A DNA stretch of 40,101 nucleotides from a virus: positions 1 to 40,101 of the IMG/VR virus record IMGVR_UViG_3300045988_140317; one strand, given 5' to 3'. The notes under the pieces are model-generated. The model saw only the letters and a program-made list of their open reading frames with translations, searched no databases and was not told where the DNA came from. Numbering within the stretch: position 1 is the stretch's first letter; every line of letters begins with the position of its first letter. Both the position numbers and the translations under genes were made by a program. Shown here piece by piece: positions 8,625-16,800 of this stretch.

Positions 8625-8659
8625 TTAATCAAAATAAAATTGAAAGGAGTTCTGGTAAT

Positions 8660-9412
8660 ATGGATAAAGAAAAACTTGCTATCATTATAGGTTCAAAAAT
8701 TAAAGAACAACGTAAACTAAAAGGATGGACACAGTTAGAACTAGGAAAAAAAGTCGGTTTAGGTAAAAACGCCATAAGCAATTACGAAAAAGGTTTTCGT
8801 TCTCCTAAGAAAAACACAATGTTTGATTTGGCTAAAGCATTTGACATATCTATCGATGATTTATTTCCACCAATTCAAACAACTAATATTGTTTCATTAC
8901 CTTTAACTAATACTGCTAAGGCAATTTTTGATACTGTAGAACGTTTAGAAGAACCTCGTAGAGTAATTGTGCTTGACACAGCTAAAATGCAACTAGAGGA
9001 GCAAAAACGAGCCCAGAATGAACTCAGCGAAGAACGAACAGAGTATCATGTCTTTGAAAAACTCTCTGCAGGAAATGGTTACGACTACATGGAAGACCGC
9101 AATTATGATGTCGTATTTTACAACAAAGATATAGATCATGACTTTGCTTCTTGGGTCTATGGTGATTCAATGGAGCCTAAATTCCTTGACGGTTCTGTTG
9201 CCCTTATTAAAGATACTGGTTGGGACTATGATGGTGCCGTCTACGCTGTGGATTGGGACGGACAAAGCTATATCAAGAAAGTCTACAAAGAAAAAGACGG
9301 TCTAAGACTCGTCTCATTGAATGATAAATATGCTGATAAATTCGCACCTTTTAGTGAAGAACCACGGATTATAGGTAAAGTAGTCGGCAATTTCATGCCA
9401 ATAGAAGATTAA
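8660..9412 (+). CDS. CI-like repressor (XRE HTH + S24/LexA-type autopeptidase)
   Basis: 250 aa. HTH WTQLELGKKVGLGKNAISNYEKG. The C-terminal domain carries the GDSMEP serine motif and a downstream KK. Confidence 0.88.
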   Translation: MDKEKLAIIIGSKIKEQRKLKGWTQLELGKKVGLGKNAISNYEKGFRSPKKNTMFDLAKAFDISIDDLFPPIQTTNIVSLPLTNTAKAIFDTVERLEEPRRVIVLDTAKMQLEEQKRAQNELSEERTEYHVFEKLSAGNGYDYMEDRNYDVVFYNKDIDHDFASWVYGDSMEPKFLDGSVALIKDTGWDYDGAVYAVDWDGQSYIKKVYKEKDGLRLVSLNDKYADKFAPFSEEPRIIGKVVGNFMPIED

Positions 9413-9423
9413 AGGAGAATATT

Positions 9424-10071
9424 ATGAAAAAAAGTATTTTGTATAGCACTATGCTGCTATCAGTTATTGCCCTCGCAGCTTGTTCATCCCCGTCAACCAC
9501 CAATGGTACGAAAAAAAACAGCTCATCATCAACATCTAAAGCAACTTCAACAACTAATAAAACAGATAGTTTAGAGGTAAAAAATGGTCCATTAACTAAA
9601 GTAGGACAATGGAGGCAGACAGAAGATCTAGGTAAAATTACTTTATTAAAAATTATGGATAAACCCAAAACAATTACACTCACAGAAGGATTAACAACTA
9701 CTATCGAAAGTGTCAAGCTATTCCATGCAGATAACATAACAAAATTTAATACTCCATTATTTAGAACGGATAAAAAATCCGGCAATTATATTCAAATAGT
9801 TGCTAGTGCAGAGAACAATACCGACAACGAATATCGTGGTATCTTTCCAGAAACCATTGTACTGTCTGACGGAACACAAGTAGAACATAATCGCTCTTTT
9901 CAGACAAGTATAGATGTTAAACCTCATGCTAAAAATAAAGAAATGCTATACTTCTATTTTCTTGATAAACAGACACCAGATTCTTTGAGACTTTACTATT
10001 CTAGTTTATATGACCAAAATGGGATTGGCATCAACGACATAAAAGCAGAAACAGAAATATTATTTGAATAA
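9424..10071 (+). CDS. Prophage lipoprotein between repressor and integrase
   Basis: Signal peptide with lipobox VIALAAC, then a Ser/Thr-rich linker. Confidence 0.75.
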   Translation: MKKSILYSTMLLSVIALAACSSPSTTNGTKKNSSSSTSKATSTTNKTDSLEVKNGPLTKVGQWRQTEDLGKITLLKIMDKPKTITLTEGLTTTIESVKLFHADNITKFNTPLFRTDKKSGNYIQIVASAENNTDNEYRGIFPETIVLSDGTQVEHNRSFQTSIDVKPHAKNKEMLYFYFLDKQTPDSLRLYYSSLYDQNGIGINDIKAETEILFE

Positions 10072-10074
10072 AAA

Positions 10075-10104
10075 ATCCATCACCCGTAGTCAAAGGTGAT
10101 GGAT
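10075..10104. other. 10-bp stem-loop after the lipoprotein gene, with a CGTAGTCAA motif in its loop
   Basis: ATCCATCACC / GGTGATGGAT arms. There is no U tract on the plus strand, so the terminator role is uncertain. Confidence 0.4.
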
Positions 10105-10146
10105 TAAAAAATATACCAACATTAGTATAGCACAATCACTTCATTC

Positions 10147-10165
10147 TCTCAACTATGCGGGCAAG
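10147..10165 (+). repeat. Copy B of the 19-mer TCTCAACTATGCGGGCAAG, in the int 5' leader
   Basis: Exact match to copy A. Ends 8 nt before the int SD. Confidence 0.95.
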
Positions 10166-10184
10166 CTAAAAAAGGAGAAGAAAG

Positions 10185-11345
10185 ATGATTAAAAAATATA
10201 CTACAAAAAATGGCGAAACTCGCTATATGTTGAAAGCATATCTTGGTGTTGATCCATTGACAGGAAAACAAAAACGGACGACACGCAGAGGCTTCAAGTC
10301 AAAGAAAGAAGCAAAACAAGCAGAAGCTCTCTTATGCTCTCAAATAAAGGAGCAAGAGTTTACAAAAATATACGAAGATTATGCCTTTAACGAAATCGCC
10401 GATATGTGGATGGATTCCTATAAATCAACGGTTAAACCAACTACTCTTGCAACTGCGAAGTGTATGCTTGAAACCGTTACAAAATATTTTAACGGTATGA
10501 AGATAAAAAACATTACTGTTTTAATTTGTCAAAATAATGTCCAAAAGATACAAGATAATTATAAAAGTTCAAGTCTATTATTTAGTGTCATCAAGCGTAT
10601 CTTTAAATACGCTTACCACTTAGAAATTATTTCTGAAAATCCTATGGAAAAAGTCATTATACCTCGAAAAAAATATATAGACGAAAATCAGGAAGACTCC
10701 ATAGAGAATTTCTATACCAAAAACGAATTACTGGAGTTCCTAGAAAAGTGTAAAAAAAGCTCACGTTCACCATTTAATGTTACCTTCTTTCACATTCTAG
10801 GATACACTGGATTAAGAAAAGGCGAAGCTCTTGGGTTAAAATGGAAAGATATAGACTTCCAAAATAAAACTTTAAAGGTTTCTCGAACGGCAGTAAAAGT
10901 TGATGGAAAACAATTTTGCCATTCTCCAAAAACTAAAAAAAGCCGCAGAACCATCTCCATTGATGATCATACAATTTCATTGTTAAAAACTTGGAAAATT
11001 TACCAAATGAAAAAATTTATGGCTCATGGAGTAAAATTCGAAGGTACTGAACAATATATATTTACAAACAGAGATTGCAAATGGTATTCCTACAGTCATA
11101 TATCTGATTTAAACAATATACTTGCGGAAAGATTTAACATGCGGAAAATTACAATACATGGCTTCCGCCACACACATTGCTCTTTACTATTTGAATCTGG
11201 CGCAACTATTAAAGAGGTACAAGAAAGATTAGGACATAGTAACATAAAAACAACTATGGAAATCTACACTCATGTCACCAAAGAACGACACGAACAAGTA
11301 GCAAATCGTTTTAACGAATATATGTCCGAAATAAAAGAAGCGTAG
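10185..11345 (+). CDS. int: Tyrosine integrase
   Basis: 386 aa. Catalytic context GLRKGEALGL ... HGFRHTHCSLL ... LGHSNIKTTMEIYTH. Adjacent to attP-like repeats. Confidence 0.92.
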   Translation: MIKKYTTKNGETRYMLKAYLGVDPLTGKQKRTTRRGFKSKKEAKQAEALLCSQIKEQEFTKIYEDYAFNEIADMWMDSYKSTVKPTTLATAKCMLETVTKYFNGMKIKNITVLICQNNVQKIQDNYKSSSLLFSVIKRIFKYAYHLEIISENPMEKVIIPRKKYIDENQEDSIENFYTKNELLEFLEKCKKSSRSPFNVTFFHILGYTGLRKGEALGLKWKDIDFQNKTLKVSRTAVKVDGKQFCHSPKTKKSRRTISIDDHTISLLKTWKIYQMKKFMAHGVKFEGTEQYIFTNRDCKWYSYSHISDLNNILAERFNMRKITIHGFRHTHCSLLFESGATIKEVQERLGHSNIKTTMEIYTHVTKERHEQVANRFNEYMSEIKEA

Positions 11346-11577
11346 TCAAAAACGTAGTCACCCAATTTGCAATCTCTTAAAGCCTTGATATTACTAGGCT
11401 ATTTGAAAAATACATATTATTTTAGCATAATAATTTTATTATATCGACTTAATAGCGGAATAGTTGTTAATCGCTTATATAATAAGGATTTCGAGAGATA
11501 ATATACACTAAATAATACAGTCATAAACGAAAATAAACGTAGTCAAAACGTAGCCAGTCTTGCCCGCATAGTTGAGA
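11340..11577. other. attP-like region with arm-type repeats
   Basis: (A/G)CGTAG(T/C)CA occurs at 11340-48, 11352-60, 11537-45 and 11548-56. These flank an AT-rich spacer, between int and the end of the lysis cassette. Confidence 0.55.
11559..11577 (-). repeat. Copy C of the 19-mer (inverted orientation)
   Basis: The reverse complement equals TCTCAACTATGCGGGCAAG. Confidence 0.95.
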
Positions 11578-11611
11578 AAGTGATAAGTCTAAAAAGGCTT
11601 TATTTTTTTGC

Positions 11612-11646
11612 AGCAAAAAAAGCCCCTAGGATTTCTCCTAAGAGCT
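11612..11646 (-). terminator. Intrinsic terminator of the late/lysis operon
   Basis: 11-bp stem (AGCTCTTAGGA / TCCTAGGGGCT with G-U pairs) followed by T7 on the minus strand, 10 nt after the endolysin stop. Confidence 0.75.
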
Positions 11647-11655
11647 TAATTTATC

Positions 11656-12960
11656 TTATTTCACTCTATAAGTTACGCCTGCATAGATGAGGTCGCTTGA
11701 CAATCCATTGAGCGCTTGAATATTCTCTACTGTTGTACCGTATTGAGCAGCCATGCCAGAGAGCGTGTCGCCCCATTGCGCAGTATGATAAGACACATCT
11801 TGAGGTGCTGATTGGCCTTGTCCCGTCACTTTTAGAACTTGTCCTACATAGATATAGTTTGGATTGCTAATGCCGTTCAGAGCTGCTAACTGTTGATAAG
11901 TCGTGCCATATTGACCGGCAATTCCAGAAAGGGTATCTCCCGGCTGTACCGTGTATGAGCCAGACTGCTGAACTGCTGGAGCTGGTGCAGGTTGGCTATT
12001 AGTAGTAGAGATAATCTCTGCATTTCGCTTGTAAATCCAAGAGTTGATACCAGCTAACAGCACTTTGTCACCGCTCACCTCTGCCACTTGGTAAGAGCGA
12101 CCTTTGACCCAGTCAGGGATTCCTTCTTCGGTTGCCCAGTTGGTAGCCGAGAAATTAACTTTGACTGTATCGCCAATTTTAATATCACTTTTCGGTGTGT
12201 TGTCGGCTTTTTCTCCCTCTTTGATAGCTGGTGTCTGTGTTTTAGGTGTATTCTTACGACCGTAACCATTATCTGTAATACCTGTCAAGTCTACATTACC
12301 ATCAAGTCCACCTGCTATGTAAGTTGAGGTGAATTGGAAGATTGCAATTCCCGGAAGAGATGGGAAAAAGTTGTAGTTTGGTGATGGCGTCACATTGTAA
12401 TCTGGATAAGCTCCAATCCACAAAGAATTTGGAAATTCGGCCAAAATCCGATTATAATCAACGTGATCAAGCGTGTAAGGTTTATATGAATAATACATTG
12501 GAGTGTAACCCGCTGCCTTAATCATACGCATCCCATGCAAAATTGCGTTTGTGTTGGCTTCTTTGTTAGCGCTCGCTCCGCTCTCATAGTCCAGAGCTAC
12601 AATTGACCCTTTTGGTGTTTGTACCTGTGGCAAGAAGGTTTTAAGTACTTGCTCACCCAAAGCAGCATTGCCACCTACTTCATACCAAACGTAAGTGTGA
12701 GCACGTTTTCCTTGTGCAATAGCACTTGCTACTTGCGTTTCATACGTTGATTGGCCGTACATACCATATGCATTGATACCGCCAATTTGAATGATGGCAA
12801 ATTTATCATGACCATAACCAAAAATACCATTCGTACCTTGATAAACAGACCAGTCTACGCCTTGATCGCCTACTGCTGCTTGTGCAATAGTAGGCGCGAT
12901 AAAACTAAGAGCGAGTGCACCGATAGCTAAAAGCTGTTTAATTTTATTTTTTCGTGTCAT
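11656..12960 (-). CDS. Endolysin: signal peptide + GH25-type muramidase + SH3-like region + 2 LysM
   Basis: Track ORF trimmed to ATG 12960 ([29 protein letters not shown]). Two C-terminal LysM repeats ([28 protein letters not shown] and [23 protein letters not shown]). Confidence 0.85.
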   Translation of the reverse strand: MTRKNKIKQLLAIGALALSFIAPTIAQAAVGDQGVDWSVYQGTNGIFGYGHDKFAIIQIGGINAYGMYGQSTYETQVASAIAQGKRAHTYVWYEVGGNAALGEQVLKTFLPQVQTPKGSIVALDYESGASANKEANTNAILHGMRMIKAAGYTPMYYSYKPYTLDHVDYNRILAEFPNSLWIGAYPDYNVTPSPNYNFFPSLPGIAIFQFTSTYIAGGLDGNVDLTGITDNGYGRKNTPKTQTPAIKEGEKADNTPKSDIKIGDTVKVNFSATNWATEEGIPDWVKGRSYQVAEVSGDKVLLAGINSWIYKRNAEIISTTNSQPAPAPAVQQSGSYTVQPGDTLSGIAGQYGTTYQQLAALNGISNPNYIYVGQVLKVTGQGQSAPQDVSYHTAQWGDTLSGMAAQYGTTVENIQALNGLSSDLIYAGVTYRVK

Positions 12961-13222
12961 CCGTTGTGTCTCCTTTTTTATTTTTAAAAGCCAATTCGTA
13001 ATAACCAATGGCTGACAAGCCGGCAATTAGTCCGCCCCAGCCATAAGCTGCATAGTCCCCATGCACAATGGTTGCAGCGTATGCAATCCCTACAATAATG
13101 CCTAAACCCAGAGCTAGTGCAGATACTTGCTTGCCATCTAGCTTGAATTGTGTTTTAAAGACATTTACAATCGCTGAAATGATTGGGGCAACAACGCCCG
13201 CTGTAATTAAAATTTGTTGCAT
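12944..13222 (-). CDS. Holin
   Basis: Trimmed to ATG 13222 (SD AAGGAGA). 92 aa with hydrophobic helices and a charged C-terminus ([13 protein letters not shown]). Lies immediately upstream of the endolysin. Confidence 0.7.
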   Translation of the reverse strand: MQQILITAGVVAPIISAIVNVFKTQFKLDGKQVSALALGLGIIVGIAYAATIVHGDYAAYGWGGLIAGLSAIGYYELAFKNKKGDTTDDTKK

Positions 13223-13223
13223 C

Positions 13224-13454
13224 TTATTTCTCCTTTTCGATTTTGTTTTCGAGCTTGTCAATTTGCTCATCAAGGTAATTCGTTCTTTCCTCTAAGCGAT
13301 AAGTTCGCTCTACTACGCTATTATGCTTTTCCACTTTTTTCTCTAACTCCTGAATTCGGAAGGTGGTTATCTTAGCACTAGTGATAATCCCGCCAAATGT
13401 GCCAATTAGCGAAGCGCTAATCGTCACAACAGCATTTATAACATCAGGTGCCAT
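13224..13454 (-). CDS. Lysis-cassette membrane/coiled-coil protein (XhlA-like architecture)
   Basis: 76 aa, with one TM helix plus a coiled coil. Call is based on position upstream of the holin. Confidence 0.45.
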   Translation of the reverse strand: MAPDVINAVVTISASLIGTFGGIITSAKITTFRIQELEKKVEKHNSVVERTYRLEERTNYLDEQIDKLENKIEKEK

Positions 13455-13457
13455 ACA

Positions 13458-13784
13458 CTACTCCTTTTTCTTACTTGGATCATCCCAGATTGGTTCGCCC
13501 GCTTCGTCGAATTTCATAATGTAGAAATTCTTGTCAAACATATTTGTAAATTTAAAGGTTGTGATAGAATTGTTGTATCTATCAAACGCCCAAACAAGCG
13601 GTACTTCAACTAGTTTACGCTTACCGCCCACAATTGTGGGGCGTTTTTGCGTTTCTTTGTAAATATAATAATCTTCTACATCATTCTTAAAACGGATAAA
13701 CTCCCCGTTTTCGTCCATATATCTAAGAGCTGTCTGCAAATCAAACGGCTCTGTAACTGTTTCAACATCAAGTAATTCTGCCAT
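13458..13784 (-). CDS. Hypothetical protein downstream of the tail fibre gene (108 aa)
   Basis: ORF in the operon. No motif. Confidence 0.55.
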   Translation of the reverse strand: MAELLDVETVTEPFDLQTALRYMDENGEFIRFKNDVEDYYIYKETQKRPTIVGGKRKLVEVPLVWAFDRYNNSITTFKFTNMFDKNFYIMKFDEAGEPIWDDPSKKKE

Positions 13785-13802
13785 ATTTTTTCTCCTTTAT
13801 TT

Positions 13803-16800
13803 TTAATAAGTCCAAATGATTTGTCCGAGATACGGAATACCTTTTTCTGCGCCTATAATATGTAAATCTCCGCCAACATTTAATTGGGCTGTTCGGTCTT
13901 TGTTTCTATCCAAACTCCAAGCTTGGACAGGAAACATTTTATTGCTAGGCACGTATTCCTTTGGTATATCTACTAAATGATAAGTACCATCACGGTCAAA
14001 TTGTAAGTTAAAATCGACCAACACAAGACTGCCTTGCACTTTCCAGCGCACTTTGTTGTTGACCTCGGATTGTTTCCAGTCTGTGTAATTGTTGGCTCTT
14101 AAATATAACTCTGCAAATTCACAATCAATAACTAAAGCATCTCTCTCGTCTTCTAACTTTCCAAAATAAATTGTTCCGGAATTACTTCGTATAGAAGGAT
14201 GAACGCCATTTGCAAGTATCAGTCTTATGTCATGTTCAGAATCGACATTTGCAAAAAGAAGTTGCCCAGAATTTAACCAAACCAGCGGCATTATTGTCGG
14301 TTTGACATCGCTCTTCTTATTTCTGCCTGGCCGACCATTTGTTATAACCCCACTATCGGTCAAGAGCGTGCTAGTATCATATGTCACATCTTTGATGATA
14401 CCCCAAACATCACGAGTGTTTGTTCGTACCCAATGCTTGCGCAAATCAATAAAGCCAGCACTCACTTCGCCTAAATTAGAACTCAAAGTACTCAACTCTT
14501 TAATATTTAGTTTATCCGCTGTAATCGCACCATTTACAATCATGTCTGCTTTAATCTTAAGCAACTTAGTGATAATCTCCACCCATTCCGGATGTTGCGC
14601 AATCATACTAGCCAAAGTCTGCCCGTTCACTATTTTCTCGGAGCTAGAGACCAAGCCATTCTCGTCAATTTTGAGTTGGTTCTTCTTGACGGTGTTATTG
14701 CTTAACTCTTGTACTGACTGCGTGATTTGGTTTGCTCGTTGGTCAAACGTAGTCTGTGAGACTTTACTGCCAACCTCTTGCTTAACTGCCGCAAGTTGTC
14801 CGTCCACGCCTTGCTTGTACTCGGCGAGCTTGGTGTCGGTATAATTCTTGCTATCCTCGACTGCTGGCGCCCAGCTTGACGGAATTACGTTTGATAATGT
14901 GAGCGACGGCTCCGCTATCTTGTAGTGTCCGTTTTGCGTTGTATATAAATAAAAGAAATTCACGCCTTCAAAATTGGCGTCATTGTCAAATGTGTGCAGA
15001 AATTCAACAATGTGCCATTTGTTCCGAGGTAAGTCTCCCAAGTCTTTGAAAACATAACCTATATTTTTAGGGTGGTTTTTTAATACAAGCGTTAAGCCTG
15101 CATTTATAGGAACGTCAGAAAAAATGTAAATTGGCATTCTGACAGCGATTGTGTCGCCTTTCTTAAATGCGCTAACGCTTGCATTTAAGGTAATGCCCTC
15201 CCACACGTCTTTGTTTTGACCAGTCACAGTGACCTCAATTGAGTTGTGACTGTTATAGTCATTTTGATTGAGTTTTAACGTAGCACCATTTACATTATTA
15301 ACGTCCGCAAGCGTCTTAAACTCTGTATTTAAGAGTAAGTTACTAGTTCCTGTCCGCAACCCCTCAAAACGTCGATTTACGCCTTTAACGTCTTCGGTAT
15401 ACTGGATTTTGCCCACGTAATTTTCAGCTGTTTTAATTCGTTCCGCTGCAATCTGCTTAGCTGTCTCTTCTCTGCTGTATTTTTCTAGCTCCTCCTTGCG
15501 CTTACCGTCATTCGCCGCATATGACTTGACGGCTACCATATCTGTTTTCAGACCTTCCGCAGTTTTTTCTAATGTGGTTTTGGCAACGGTGATTTGTTCA
15601 TCAACATCTTCTGGTGCGGGGCTCCAATCAGTCTTTATAGTGCCTTGCTCGACTTTGACTTCCCAAACTTTCTTCCGAGCGTCTTTATGATAAGTATTCA
15701 CTCGCAAATGATAAGTACCTGTCGGTTTATTCCAAGTAAAGACTGTTCCTGTCGTACCTGTATTGCTATCGGACACAATCTGATAATTCGTAACGGTCTT
15801 ATCCATCAGCCAGAGTACCACATTGTCACTTTCTTGAGTGCCGTTGTGATTGTTGCTAAAAACTCCATCGGTTTTAGCGGAAATCAGATATTTTTCACCC
15901 TTAACTAAATCAATCGAAGTTGATTGTACATACAAGACTTGATTATCAAAGCCCGTTGGCTTACTGTCGGGTTTAAACTCTCCTTTCGAACCTCTCAACA
16001 AATTACGCCCGCCAACGCTAATCTGGCTTATCTCCTCCCGAATCCCGTCTGCAGTCTGTTTGACCTCGGACTTGCTGGCTTTGTCAGCCAGCTGGCCAGT
16101 AATCCGAGCGAGATTTTGTTTGTTACTCTGCTCGTAAGCGGTTTGTTGGGAACTGATAGCACCGACTTCTTTTTTTACCTGCTCAATATTAGCGGAGCTT
16201 TCCGCCTTTTCTTTGAGCAGGTCTGTTTTAACATCGCTCAACCCTTGCTTGGTCTGCTTCATTTCCTCTTGCAAAGCATTGAGAGGGACTGGATCTGCAG
16301 GGTCACCTTTATCCCCTTTCGGTACAACAATGCTCTTGTTGTCCGAGAACGTCACCTTGACCCCGTCCGCTTGCTTTTCAGCTTTAGCGACCGTGATAGA
16401 TTTTCCGTCAGAACCTTTCGCACCGTCATTGACGTTGGTAAAAGCTAATTCTTTATGGGCTACTTCCTTACCATTTACAATAGCTATAACTGTTACAGTG
16501 AGTGGCTTAGTCAGTCCAGCAGCTTCAACAGTAAATGTTGGAGCAAGTGGAAAATCACGTTCATCTACTTTCCATTTCCAACTAACTTCGGAATCTGGGA
16601 TGGTTTTCTCTCCTTTGAGCAAGGTAGGATAAATTGTTGATTTTCCTTTATTGTTTTTAAAAACAGTCCCATTATCTGATGCAACCTTAATATCATAAGG
16701 TTTTGCTTCTTCCAACATTTCTTCTAGCCGTTGTTGAATGCCAGATGATAATTGATTTTCAAGCGCTTTGAAATTTGCAAAAACGCTTTTATTCGTACCT

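Noticed and set aside
9393-9785. 130-aa minus-strand ORF
   Set aside because: It is antisense to the lipoprotein gene, which has a clear signal peptide and SD. There is no SD for the antisense ORF.
10075-10104. Plus-strand intrinsic terminator after the lipoprotein gene
   Set aside because: The stem is good, but it is followed by an A run rather than a T run on the plus strand. It is kept only as a stem-loop of unknown role.
12961-13026. N-terminal extension of the endolysin ([22 protein letters not shown])
   Set aside because: It lies within the holin coding region and starts at a non-ATG codon without an SD. ATG 12960 gives a canonical signal peptide.
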